This document shows, piece by piece, positions 1 to 13,010 of a DNA stretch of 64,000 bases. The notes under the pieces are model-generated. The model searched no databases and was not told the DNA's origin. It was given only the letters and a program-made list of their open reading frames with translations. The position numbers and the translations under genes are program-made. How positions within the stretch are numbered: position 1 is the first letter of the stretch; each line of letters begins with the position of its first letter. Source of the DNA: Heptranchias perlo (Eukaryota); NCBI RefSeq assembly GCF_035084215.1, contig NC_090339.1, positions 49,786,001-49,850,000 of the forward strand, read 5' to 3'.

Positions 1-259
1 GCAATTTGCGTTAAATTATACGTTAAAGTCTACAGCCTTGATATGCCACCAGCACCCAGAAGAGGATAAGGTTCATTCTTGCCCCAGTCTTACTCATCTT
101 ACCTGTTCCACTAAACCCAATGGTTCTTTCTTTGTTTTCTCTTGAGCTGCAATAGTTTAAACAGCTGAACAGCAAACTGTCAAACCCCGAGTGTACTGTT
201 CAACTTCTGCACATACATATATATATATACACACATTGATATATACATACCTATATATA

Positions 260-469
260 ATTTTACAACACCAAGTTATAGTCCAGCAATTTTATTTTAA
301 ATTCACAAGCTTTCGGAGGCTTCCTCCTTCGTCAGGCTTCCTCCTTCACCTGACGAAGGAGGAAGCCTCCGAAAGCTTGTGAATTTAAAATAAAATTGCT
401 GGACTATAACTTGGTGTTGTAAAATTGTTTACAATTGTCAACCCCAGTCCATCACCGGCATCTCCACAT
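260..469 (+). mobile_element. Penelope-like element 3' end arranged as a palindrome, with 14-bp TSD
   Basis: Arms 259-336 and 349-426 are exact reverse complements. The right arm and tail match the 3' end of the GIY-YIG-encoding copy at about 30484-30610. TSD CATACCTATATATA at 246-259 and 470-483. Confidence 0.8.
345..383 (+). ncRNA. Minimal type I hammerhead ribozyme motif (Penelope-associated)
   Basis: TTCAC-CTGACGA-A-GGAGG-AAG-CCTCC-GAAA-GCTT-GTGAA: CUGANGA and GAAA core, 5-bp stem II, 5-bp stem I and a palindromic AAGCTT stem III region. Confidence 0.7.
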
Positions 470-1132
470 CATACCTATATATACACACATAAACATACAT
501 ATGTATACACACATATGCATATATACATATACATATGTACATATATACATGCCTACAAATATGCATATACATATATACGTACACNNNNNNNNNNNNNNNN
601 NNNNNNNNNNNNNNNNNNNNNNNNNNNNNNNNNNNNNNNNNNNNNNNNNNNNNNNNNNNNNNNNNNNNNNNNNNNNNNNNNNNNNNNNNNNNNNNNNNNN
701 NNNNNNNNNNNNNNNNNNNNNNNNNNNNNNNNNNNNNNNNNNNNNNNNNNNNNNNNNNNNNNTATGTGCATACACCTGCACATATATACATATATACACA
801 TATAAGTACATACTTGCATATATATACATACATGCATGTATATACATATACATACACAAATATACACATATACACACATATATATATACACATGTAGATA
901 TTTATTATTTATTTTTTAAAACATAGATTACATGCATGTGATATTGTAAAACAGTTATTCACTGTTGATTTTTCTGGGCTATAAACCTCTAAAATCACAT
1001 TTTTAAAAAATACGAGAATGATCAGAAATGGAAAATGTTCTTGCCAGCAGTGTGACACAAGAAATGTCTCCACTTGCCGGGCTCACCATAACCCATTGCT
1101 AACTTAACCAGACACATTCACCTATAGAATTA

Positions 1133-1288
1133 AAACAAAAAGCAAATACTGCGAATGCTGGAAATCTGAAATAAAAACAGAAAATGCTGGAAACACTCAA
1201 AAGGTCAGGCAGCATCTGTGACGATCTGTTTCTCTCCCTACTGATGGTGCCTGACCAGCTGAGTGTTGCCTGCATTTTCTGTTTTTAT
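1133..1288. mobile_element. Inverted pair of a second Penelope-like/SINE-like 3'-end repeat, with 16-bp TSD
   Basis: Two opposed copies of the ...GCTGCCTGACCTGCTGAG..TTTCCAGCATTTTCTGTTTTTATTTC repeat, also seen at 2773-2888 and 52460-52560. TSD TTCACCTATAGAATTA at 1117-1132 and 1289-1304. Confidence 0.7.
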
Positions 1289-1514
1289 TTCACCTATAGA
1301 ATTATCTCTGCTCAGGGTGGTGCAAACCTACCACTTCTTACTCATTAGGAAAAAGACTCACTGATTTTGGTTTATAAGAATAACCTAATTCAAAGTATCT
1401 CCTAAAAATAGTGCATTTGCAATTCGTTTCGCTCTTCCTGCTAAATGCCACTAACATTCATTGACATGTTTGCCACTAGCCAGGGCATTGTGTACATGTT
1501 AATACAGAGAGTCA

Positions 1515-2036
<522 letters not shown>

Positions 2037-2517
2037 TTAAGCAGCGTGCACTTATTTTCCAGATCAGTGTTATTTGAGTCCTTGCACAGACCGGTGGATC
2101 GAGGTCAGGTTTTCTCACATATAAAACTATATATATATATATATATATAAATCAGGTGCAAACCTGCCTGCCGTCGCTTACAGTCTGTTGCTAAAATAAA
2201 CGTAACTACCAAATCAATCAGTTGCAGAGAAACGAAATCCCCGGACAGTACACAAACAGACCAGGGGGATTGGGGGGGGATTCGCCGGCGAGATCTGGGG
2301 AGATAGCTAGGATTTGAAGTCAGGATCCCCAGGCAGCACTCACTCCGAGCTGTACTCGGGTCCCAAGATATTTATGAACAGGAACTAAATGCGATTCAAG
2401 TTAATCAGGATCAGCTACACCTCACCATTACTGATAGAGTGTCTGAGCTCCTACAGACACACATGGGCGATGCTCTCTGCCCTTTTCTGACCGATATGCA
2501 GCCGATGAAAGGTCATC

Positions 2518-2765
2518 ATAGAAAGTTACGGCACAGAAGGAGGACATTCGGCCCATCGTGTCGGTACCAGCCGAAGAAGAGCTATCCAGATTAATCTCAC
2601 TTTCCAGCACTTAGTCCAGAGCCCTTTAGGTTATGGCACTTCAAGTCCACATCCAAGTACTTTTTAAACGAGTTGAGGGTTTCTACCCCTACCATCCTTT
2701 CAGGCAGTGAGTTCCAGACCCCCCACCACCCTCTGGGTGAAAAAGAGTGGTGGGGGTCTGGGTCT
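2518..2765 (-). mobile_element. CR1 (HER1-like) LINE 3' fragment with 7-bp TSD and 5' foldback
   Basis: Reverse complement of the CR1 3' ends at about 10900-11140 and 24040-24280. TSD GGTCATC at 2511-2517 and 2766-2772. Confidence 0.8.
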
Positions 2766-2772
2766 GGTCATC

Positions 2773-2888
2773 TACCTGAAACGTTAACTCTGTTTCTCTC
2801 GCCACAGACGCTGCCTGACCTGCTGAGTATTTCCAGCATTTTCTGTTTTTATTTCAGATTACTAGCACCCACAGTATTTTGCTTTTGT
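2773..2888 (+). mobile_element. Penelope-like/SINE-like 3'-end repeat (hammerhead-bearing family), split by the CR1 insertion
   Basis: ACCTGAAACGTTAACTCTGTTTCTCTC...CCAGCATTTTCTGTTTTTATTTCAGA, similar to 52425-52560. Its 5' part (CCGATGAAAGGTCATC) lies at 2502-2517. Confidence 0.7.
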
Positions 2889-3214
2889 TTGATGTAGCTA
2901 TAATCCTGGTATGGTTAATTCCAGTGATTGCAGTTCTCTCCTGTTGTGGCCAGAGTACTCCCCCTCCCATGTACATTTACAAGTGTCAACTAATGAGCCA
3001 CTTTCCCTGCCTTTCCTTGTGTTTTCCCTCGTTTGTATATAGGATTTAAAAAAATGATTGTAACATATTAACCTACTTCTTTCTCTCACTCGTGTCTTGA
3101 TTCCCAGTCCTTTGTTTCTTGCTGCTTTTCTTTTCCAACTGTCTTCTTCTCCGTTGTCACTTCATTGCTCTGATGTTTTTTCTACTTCTTTTACTTCCTT
3201 CTTTCACATAACTG

Positions 3215-4180
3215 CAGATAAGGAAGGCCATTCGGCCCATCTTAGTTCATCCATCCAGAATGACCCTAAACCCCTGCACCCCCACCTCCCCGCACAAAGC
3301 AGAATTTACTTTGTTTTTAAATGATTCCAGGGGTTTCACCTTCGCTACTCTATCCAGGAACCCATTCCACTTCCTCATCACTGCATGATTAAGAACTTTC
3401 TGATATCAGTCCGAAGATTGATTTTTATTAGTTTGAACCTGCAGCCTTTGTTCTACCCTCAAAATTTGAAGTAATTTTCCAGATTTTCCTTTTTCCATAT
3501 CATTTACAATCTTATATGCTTCTATAAGATCATTTCTCAGACATTTTCTTTAGCAGCGGACAAGCCCACATTTCTCCAATCTTCCCTCATGGCTCAGACC
3601 TCTAATCTGTTGCTCAGCCCTATGGCTCTTCTTTGCCCTGCCTCCAATGCTTGAAGATCTACCCCATGTCTTGGTGACCCAAACTGGGACACTGTACTGA
3701 AGATATGTTCTAGCTAAAGCAATACACAGTTTGATCATAACTTCCTCTCAACTGTTTTGGCTATATAGCTCTATGTCAAATTGGCTTTGTTGCTTGTTGC
3801 TCTGCATTGGTTGGACATGTTGAGCATCAAGACTCCCATATCTTTTCCAACTTCACCCTTAGCTATTGCAACACCATTGACTGGTCATGTGTTGCCCATT
3901 TTTGCTTCCAGTGCGCACTAGTTTATATTTGTCTGCATTAAATGTAATTTGTCGTTGTCCTGCCCTCTTACATTTTTGGTCCAAATTATTCTGTAATTTC
4001 TGAGCGGCCTCCTCTGAATTCACTGCTCCTCCCATAATGGCATCATCTGCAAATTGGACTCATTTGCATTGTGTTTCTGAGTCCAAATCATTGATGTAAA
4101 TTAGAAACAGTAGTCGTTCCATCACCTATCCCCTGGGGCACCCACTCAGTACTTCCCACCATCCTGATGTAACAATTCTA
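3215..4180 (-). mobile_element. Degenerate CR1 LINE 3' part
   Basis: ORF remnant ALARTYLQYSVPVW...LSHEGRLEKCGL resembles the CR1 RT C-terminus; CR1-type 3' end near 3220. Confidence 0.7.
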
Positions 4181-5299
4181 ACAAACCCTTTTCTTATACT
4201 GTTAAACCCCCCTCCCCCCATATCCCTAATGCTTTCCAACCCACGCTTCAGATCAGTCTCTAGATCCATCTCCTGTCGAAACTGTCTCCATGAGTGTCTG
4301 TTCATTTCTGCTTACACAGCTATATTCACAGAAGGCTACAGAAAGGTGGGGCTATTGGTGCTTCAGGTTGCGTGAAATGCTTCTTGTCCCACTGTAACTA
4401 CAGGTCATTGTACATCATAGGGAGACGAGGGTAGTCTCACCTAGCAATACTATTCTACAACACACGCATGAAAGCAGGAACCAGCAGGCAATTATGAAGA
4501 CAGACCAAGGAGGGAAAGGATAGGAGGGAGACAAATAAGACAGTAAAGAGACAGAATAGAGTTGCTTAGATTTAGGGTAGATTGATTGAGGGGATAGGTA
4601 AACATAATGGACTGGAATCAACAACCTGCACTTTAACATTGCAAAATATCCAAAAGACTTTGCATAAAAAAAGGAAGATGGAAATGGACACAGTAGGAGT
4701 GATAATCAAAGGGCATGGTTAAAGAGGTACAGTTCGAGGATGCCCTTGAAGGTGGAGAGGTTTAGAAAAACAGTTCCAGAATGCATGGAAATGATGACTG
4801 GTGGAGGTGTAGAAGAAGGGAATGGGGGAATCACACAGAGCAGAGGTTACAAGTTGAGACTTATGGGTGGAGGAGGTTGAAAAGGTAGTAGGCTGTGATG
4901 AGAACGTGGAATCCAATAGATTATATTCTTCATTTTTCTTCTGGTCTACAGAAACAACAATTACTACACACCAAAGATAATCCATTGTGTGTAACACTTT
5001 GAGACATTTCAACAACATGATAAGGCACTATAGAAATGCATATTAGTGTTTTTTTTTCTTCATTTGTATCTGAGGTCAGGCCAGTTCTCAAGTAAATGAC
5101 AGAAACTTCCATAAGAATGGTAGCATTGGACAGGAACATTTTTAACAGGAAAAAATGAGTTAAAGCTGGAAACCTAATGCATTACTCCCTGATACTATTA
5201 CTTTCCAGTATTTGGCACAGTGAAACAAAGCAATTGAAGATTATACATAAAAGCAGGAACACACTTTTAGGTCACATGCAAGATTCAAATTAAATCATG

Positions 5300-5636
5300 G
5301 CGTTGCCCCTCTCTATCTCTAACCTCCTTCAACTCTACCAGCCCCCCAGAACTCTTCATTCATCCAACTCTGGCTTCTTGTGCATCCCCCCTCCCTTTGC
5401 CCCATCATTGGCAGCCATGCCTTCAGCTATCTAGGGCCTCTGCTCTGAAATTCCCTACCTAAACCTCTTCACCCCTTTTGACCTTCCTTAAAACCTACCT
5501 CTTTCACCTTTTGGTCAACCCTCCTAATATCTCCTTCGGATCGGCATCCTTTTTCTTTCTGGTTATGCCTCTGTGAAGTGCCTTGGGACGTTTTTCTATT
5601 AAAGGCGCTATATATAAATGCAACTTGTTGATGTTG
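5300..5636 (+). mobile_element. L2-type LINE 3' fragment
   Basis: CCTTCAGC..CTAGGGC...AATTCCCT.CCTAAACC and tail AAGGCGCTATAT..AAATGCAA.TTGTTG, shared with 6225-6838 and 12130-13010. Confidence 0.7.
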
Positions 5637-6224
5637 ATAATATCACAAAATGTTCTGAAAGTGTGAGAGGTATCATCCTGCAAATAGATCAATAGGGCAG
5701 CCTACATATTTTGCAGTAAGCAATTTATCATGAGTAGGGATCATTTTTAGAGCTGGGCCACCCTAACTCAGTTCAACAGAGATTAAGATTGTCGGTTTCA
5801 GTTCATAAGAGACGCAGTCTGCTTATTGAAAAGCTCATCAAGCTGCTAGCACAAGATAAAGGTGCGAGAAAAAGTCCAAACTATAATACCCCATAGAAAA
5901 TAGCTTTAACTGTTCCACTGTACTGGAACGTGGCTTTATAAATATACAGTACAATTGTTATTCACTAACAACAGGTGGATCAAATGGAATGATCCACATG
6001 ACAGTGGTTATTAAAACGCATTAACAAAATGCATTTTATTTTTAATGAGCACTCATAGTATTTGGTCATGTTTCATTTTTTTAAGCAACTGAGAACCATT
6101 TTACAATAGTTATTTTGAACCCATCAGCCAATTCAAATAATAATTTGAATGACCTAAACTAATATTTCCTTGCCTGGCTACAGATAATCACCACCCAAAT
6201 GCTTCAACGTATTACATTTGTGTG

Positions 6225-6838
6225 ACCATCTCACCAGTTTGCAACCTCAGCATCCCGAGCTGAGCTTCTGACTCCATAGCCATTCCATTACAAAGTCAGC
6301 TTACTTCCACCTCTAAAACATCACCCATTAAAATCCTCACCCATGCCTGTCACCTCCAGACTCGACTATTCCAATGCTCGCATGGCCGGCCTCCCATCCT
6401 CCACCCTCCGCAAATCTCATCCAAAATTCTGCTGCCCGTATCCTAACCTATACCAAGTCCCTTTTGCCCATGACCCCTGTCCACATAGATCTACATTGGC
6501 TCCTCCAGCGGTACACTCCCCCTACCCCCTGAAGTCTCCATTCCTCTGACTCCGGCCACTTGTGCATTCATTCCTCCACCTTCACCCTACCATTGGCGGC
6601 TGTACCTTCAGCTGCCTAGGCCCCACATGCTGGAATTCCCTCCCTAAACCATTTTGTCTTCCAACTCTTGTCCTTTAAGACCATCCTTAAAACATACCTT
6701 TTTGACCAAGTCTTTTGTCACCCCTTGTAGTATCTTCTTTTTTTGGCTTGGTATCAGTTTTTATCCCCTTATGCCTCTATGACAAGGGACATTTTCGTAT
6801 GTTAAGGCGCTACATAAATGCACGTTATTGTTGTTGTC
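6225..6838 (+). mobile_element. L2-type LINE 3' fragment
   Basis: ORF remnant VTSRLDYSNARMAGLP (L2 RT C-terminal motif SRLDYxN) and L2-type tail. Confidence 0.75.
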
Positions 6839-7439
6839 ATGGATACGATGCACGTATAATACCGGACCTGATTTTTGGTAGGGAAACAGTAGGAAACTTT
6901 GTGGTGGTTTTTCCCCTCAAGAAGGATTCACTGCTCAAAACGCTCCTGGAATCTATTGGTGGAAATCTGTAAAAACTAATTTTAATCATTGCTGTCCAAT
7001 GATGCCTGCTGGAATTATGTGCATGACAGGTGAAGGCATAATTGAGTTTTGCCATGATGCCCTCTTGTGGTTGAACAGCTCATCAACACGCACTCATTGT
7101 CCAGGCTCACACATGAAATGGCCTGTAGCCATTTTGTACTGCTATAGCAGAAATCACTGTTTTCTCATGAATCATTTGAGCATAAATGTGTTATATGCAT
7201 ATATATGTAATACAGGGGCATTATGCTCACACTACATTCAAGTGTAGCACATATATGCAATATACATATATAATGGGGTAATTTTTCAACTTTGTGTTTC
7301 AGGCAATGATCCTTGCCAGCCAGCCAGATGTGCAAATCTTAAATTTGGGCTCATGATTTTCTGAATGATTAATGTAAATAGCTGTAAAATCATAGGCAGC
7401 AAGGTCTGAATTATTGATATACGCTGCTGGTGGGCAAGG

Positions 7440-8510
7440 CTTTTTTTATTCATTCATGAGATGTGGGCATTGCTGGCAAGGTCAACATTTATTAACCATC
7501 CCTAATTGCCCAGAGAAGGTAGTGGTGAGCTGCCTTCTTGAACCGCTACAGTCCACGTGGTGAAGGTTCTCTCACAGTGCTGAAGTAGGGAGTTCCAAGA
7601 TTTTGACCCAGCGACGATGAAGGAACGGCGATATATTTCCAAGTCAGGATGGCGTGTGACTTGGAGGGGAACGTGCAGGTGGTGATGTTCCCATGCGCCT
7701 GCTGCCCTTGTCCTTGTAGGTAGTAGAGATCATGGGTTTGGGTGGGGGGGGGCGGGGAGGGGTGGTGCTGTTGAAGAAGCCTTGGCGAGTTGCTGCAGTG
7801 CATGTTGTAGATGGTACACACTGCAGCCACAGTACGCTGGTGAAGGGAGTGAATGTTTAAGGTGGTGGATGGGGTGCCAATCAAGCAGGCTGCTTTGTGC
7901 TGGATGGTGTCGAGCTTCTTGAGTGTTGTTGGAGCTGCACTCATCCAGACAAGTGGAGAGTATTCCATCACACTCCTGACTTGTGCCTTGTAGATGGTGG
8001 CAAGGCTTTGGAGAGTCAGGAGGTGAGTCACTCGCCACAGAATACCCAGCCTCTGACCTGCTGTTGTAGCCAAAGTATGTGTGTGGCTGGTCCAGTTAAG
8101 TTTCTGATCAATAATAACCACCACGATGTTGATGGTGGAGGAGTCGGTGATGGTAATGCCATTGAATGTCACGGGAGGTGGTTAGACTCTCTCTCTTGTT
8201 GGAGATGGTCACTGCCTTGCACTTGATTGGCATGAATGTTACTTGCCACTTATCAGCCCAAGCCTGGCTGTTGTCCAGGTCTTGCTGCATGCAGCCACAG
8301 ACTGTTTCATTATCTGAGGGGTTGCGAATGGAACTGAACACTGCAATCATCAGCAAACATCCCCATTTCTGACCTTCTGATGGAGGGAAAGTCATTGATA
8401 AAGCAGTTGAAGATGGTTGGGCCTAGGACACTGTCCTGAGGAACTCCTGCAGCAATGTCCTGGAGCTGAGATGATTGGCCTCCAACAACCACTACCATCT
8501 TCCTTCTTTC
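7440..8510 (-). mobile_element. CR1-group LINE (family B, possibly Daphne/Crack-like), 3' ~1 kb
   Basis: Frameshifted RT remnants GVPQDSVLGP, MFADDC and IYKAQVRSVMEYSPLVW; ATGAATAAAAAA tail. Same family as 40040-41035 and 58022-60960. Confidence 0.85.
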
Positions 8511-10685
8511 CCACCAGAAGCATGGATTCAGGAAACTACTGCTCGTGCGTACATTATACATACTACAATAGCTTGCTCATTTATCTTCAATAAAGCTCCT
8601 GGCAGCTTGTCTTCTAACTTTGACACTTTTTATGTTGTGCTATGGAATATTCACCATAATACACACCTGGTTATAACATATTATAGTGAATGTCCCATAG
8701 TATAGTATAAAAAGTGTCAACATTGGTAGACAAGCTGTCAGGAACCTTATGAGATTATGATGAGCATCACATGTGCAGGTAATATATTGGTGGCCTTGAT
8801 TTTGGACAATGTCCACCCCAGAGCTGCATTTACCTCCTCCAATCCATTCCCAAGTGCTTCTCTGCCCCCCACCTAATGTTCAAATTCATCACATCCATGA
8901 AACTCTGCATCCCAGATCATATCCACCCAGCTTCCCCTCCTTAGCTCTGTTTGCTGGGATCATCCACTTCTGCCTCCTTCAAAACTGCTACTACCTCTTC
9001 CTCAGAAACTCCACATTCAATCACTCCATTCTTTCCTTCCTCCCCTTTCTCTCCAACTATAGTTCCTATTCAAGATCCTCCAGACCAGTTCTTTCCTCCA
9101 CTCACAGGCCTAAGACTACCCTGGTCAATGTCACAAAGTACATCCTTTTGCGCCATGTCGCATTGTCTGCTGATTTCAACACAACTACTCCATCACAACA
9201 ATAACTTATGCTTATATAATACCTGTATCTTAGAAAAACATCCCAAGGTGCTTCACAGAAGAAAGGATGACACCAGGGTTCTATAAGGGAGTTGAGAGAA
9301 GTGACAGGAGCTTGATTGAAGAGATGGGTTTTGGAGTTCTTTTTCTTATTACTGAATTTTGTAAAGTCACTGTACAGTTTTGTTATACAATCCAGCTGAT
9401 GTTTAACTGTGCCAACAACCTACTGAGGTTGTTGGTACAGTTAAACATCAGCTGGAAACCACACACTTTGATCAGCGCAATTTGGTGCTGTCTCACGTTC
9501 TGGTGAGTCAAGGAAAATTCAAGGCTCCTTTCTTCAGAGTGTCACCCTATATAAGACTTCCATGGCTTAATCGGATGGAAGAGAATCCCTGATCATTTGT
9601 TACCACATTCCAATATGACAAATTTTGCAAGATACTGTGCTGTGCAAGAGCTGCTTTGGTGGTTTCCTATGGTTTTGAGGTATCAGAGCCCTAATTTTCA
9701 CCTATACAGAAAGAACATATTTACATGTCTCCTTTCACATCCTCAGGATAGCCCAAAGTGCTTCACAGCCTATGGATTGCTTTTGAAGTTCAGTCACTGT
9801 TGTTTAGTATCATAGAATCTTTATATGCACCTAAACAGGCAGGTAAGAACTCAGTTTAATATTTCATCTGAAAGAACCTCTCTCAATGTTCCACACTCTC
9901 AGCACTGCTCCAACATTATTAACTCCTTTGTCTGAAAGTTATGGACTTGTTTAAAAGGCCCTGTGGCTATGCCACTAGCTTTCTGTGGGTACTACATAGA
10001 TTTAATCATTGCCTGGATAAAGAGTATTGGCTTATTCTTCTCTGAAAATTCAAATAATATTATAAGCTATCTTGATGAGATCATTTATTTCGCTGCCATT
10101 TTCCATTATGTTTTTTTTTTTGCTTTCACCAGTTTTTATTTTGCAGGATTCAGCATCCTTGACCACTCCTGTAGGTGAGTAAGCCTCCATTCTTATAAAA
10201 CAGACAGTCAGGAAAAGACCAGCTGGTCCATCAAATCTGCCCCACACCCATGATTGCTGCAGCAGCATGACTAGACACTTCCTTAACCATCAAAAAAGGT
10301 ACCAAAGAAACATTTGAATAATCCTACAAAATGTTTGTATGTGAATTGAACAGCTTAGCCATTCTTACTGTAAGTGCTAATTAATATGACCAATCACAAA
10401 TCATGAACCAACCTTCAGTATTACTTAATCCTTTCATACTTTAATCAAAAATATAATTCAATCACAAATTACTGGTTTTGTCCTATAATATTCCCCTAAC
10501 AAACATTAGCTAGGAAAGCACAACATAAAGCAATGTTAGAGCTCCATTGATCTATTTGCAGCAATTCCATTTGAAGCTGTGCAAATATGATGCAGCAGTG
10601 GCTCAATTTTTTCTAGTACACTATTTTGTAAGTGCAAAAATGGGACTGGTCAAGATCAATTTTTTTTAAAAATTGATTTCTACAA

Positions 10686-11140
10686 ACATGGAGCGCTTCA
10701 GGTATGAAGAGAGACTGGGAAGATTGGGTTTGTTTTCCGTGGAGCAGAGGAGGCTGAGGGGGGACATGATTGAGGTGTACAAAATTATGAGGGGCACAGA
10801 TAGGATGGATACTAAGGAGCTTTTTCCCTTCGTTGAGGGTTCTATAACAAGGGGACATAGATTCAAGGTAAAAGGCGGGAGGTTTAGAGGGGATTTGAGA
10901 AAGAACATTTTCACCCAGAGGGTGGTTGGAGTCTGGAACTCACTGTCTGAAAGGGTTGTGGAGGCAGGAACCCTCACAACATTCAAGAAGCATTTGGATG
11001 AGCACTTGAAATGCCATAGCATACAAGGCTACGGACCAAATGCTGGAATATGGGATTAGAGTAGACAGGGCTGATGGCCGGCGCGGACACGATGGGCCGA
11101 AGGGCCTCTATCCGTGCTGTATAACTCTATGACTCTATAA
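10686..11140 (+). mobile_element. CR1 (HER1-like) LINE 3' fragment, followed by a second CR1 3' end to about 11320
   Basis: YEERLGRLGLFSVEQRRLRGDMIEVYKIM...FTQRVVGVWNSL and an (ACTCTAT.)n tail. Confidence 0.9.
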
Positions 11141-12129
11141 CTGCTATGAGGGTGGTGGAAGCAGATTCAATAGTAACTTTCAAAAGGGAATTGGATAAAT
11201 GCTTGAAAAGGAGAAATTTGCAGGGCTATGGGGAAAGAGTAGAAGAGTGGGACTAATTGGATAGCTTTCACAAAGCTGACACAAACACGATGGACTGAAT
11301 GGCCTCTTTCTGTGCTGTATGGCCCTGTACTTGTTTCAGGGTATTAAGAGCTTTCCAGTAGAAAAAAGGACCTTCCAGATCTACCTAAAAACTTAAGTCT
11401 TTACAACCTCCAATCAAGCGGCAGGTGAGATTTAAAATGGTCAAGTGTGAGGATGCCAAGTGTACATCTACGCAATAGGTCCATCTATCCAGTTTTCTGA
11501 TGCAGAGAAGACTGCTAGAAAAATGGGAGATGAGGTGCAGCCAACATTGAAAGCAGTTTGAATATGAAGAGCACATAGCAGAAGCTTCTGATAGTACACA
11601 ATTGCTAACCCCCTGTATCATTCCTTCTCTCGTGCTCCACTGTCACTCATCTCACTGTTAACCCTCTATGCACTGCCCCATGCCCACACACTAAGGGCAG
11701 TGGTCATTAGGCCAGAGACTCCCTCACACCATTTCCCATCTACCCTCCCTTTGGTTGTGTAAGGAAAGGGTTAATCAGATTGTCCTGCTAATGTTATACT
11801 GCTATTGATTTCTCTTTATATTGTAGTAATAGTAACCTTTAGCCTTTGCCCGTTGAGCAGGGACGTTTAAGTTAATTTAAAGTACCACAGGGCAATTGAA
11901 CTAGAGCTGACCTTAAAGCAATGGTCAGTTTAGTCACTTCATTAAACCTAATTAAAAAAAGACATACCAGTGCATACTGATTCAAATATTTCAGAGAACT
12001 TTCATCAGTCGATAAAAAATGCAGGAAAAACAGTTCTGCAAAGGAAAACATCTGGGTTAATTGGTACAAAATGGTACTGAATCAGACTTATAAAAGTTTA
12101 ACCATCCGAAAACAGGTCAGATTCTAGAT

Positions 12130-13010
12130 ATACACTGACATCGCCCAGCTCTATCTCGACCACCCCACTGCCTCCAATTTGTCATGCTGTTTGTTCCACG
12201 TCCAGTGCTGGATGAGCAGAAATTTCCTCCAACTAAATATTGGGAAGACCAAAGCCATTGTCTTCGTTTCCCGTCACAAACTCAGTTCCCTGGCCACCGA
12301 CTCCATCCCTCTCCTGGCCACTGAGGCTGAGCCAGACCGTTCGCAACTTTGGCATCCTATTTGACCCAGAGATGAGCTTCCAATCCCATATCCGCTCCAT
12401 CACCAAGACTGCCTACTTCTATTTCCATATCACCCGCCTCCACCTCTGCTCAGCTCATCTGCTGCTGAAACCCTCATCCATACCTTGGTTACCTCCAGAC
12501 TCAACTATTCCAATGCTCTCCTGGCTGGCCTTCCACCTTCCACCCTCCATAAACTTCAGCTCACCCAAAACTCTGCTGCCCTTATCCTAACTCGCACCAA
12601 GTCCTGATCACCCATCACCCCTGTGCTTGCTTACCTACATTGGCTCGCAGTCCAGCAATACCTTGGCTTTAAAATTCTCATCCTGGTTTTCAAATCCCTC
12701 CGTGGCCACGCCCCTCTCTCTAACCTCCTCCAGCCCTACAAACCCAAGAGATCTGTACGCTCCTCCAATTCCGGTCCCTTGCACATCCCCAATTTTAAAA
12801 ATCAGTTCACCGTTGGCAGCCGTGCCTTCGGCTGCCTAGCCCCCAAGTTCTAGAATTCCCTCCCTAAACCCCTCTTTAAACCTACCTCAGACCAAGCTTT
12901 GTCACCTGTCCCATCACCTTATGTGGCTTGGCGTCAAATTTTGATAACTCTGAAGCTCCTTTGGAAATTTTACTACGTTAGAGGTGCTATATAAATGCAA
13001 GTTGCTGTTC
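12130..13010 (+). mobile_element. L2-type LINE 3' fragment
   Basis: WMSRNFLQLNIGKTKAI, LHWLAVQQYLGFKILILVFKSL and GSRAF remnants, plus L2 tail. Confidence 0.85.

Larger units (their letters stand above)
210..900. repeat. (TA/CA)n low-complexity microsatellite region containing an assembly gap (N 585-762)
   Basis: Degenerate TATACA-type repeats on both sides of a run of 178 N. The Y/T/H/I-rich ORFs here are artefacts. Confidence 0.95.

Noticed and set aside
425-926. Several 110-160 aa ORFs rich in Y/T/H/I or M/C/V
   Set aside because: Translations of a TA/CA microsatellite spanning an N gap.
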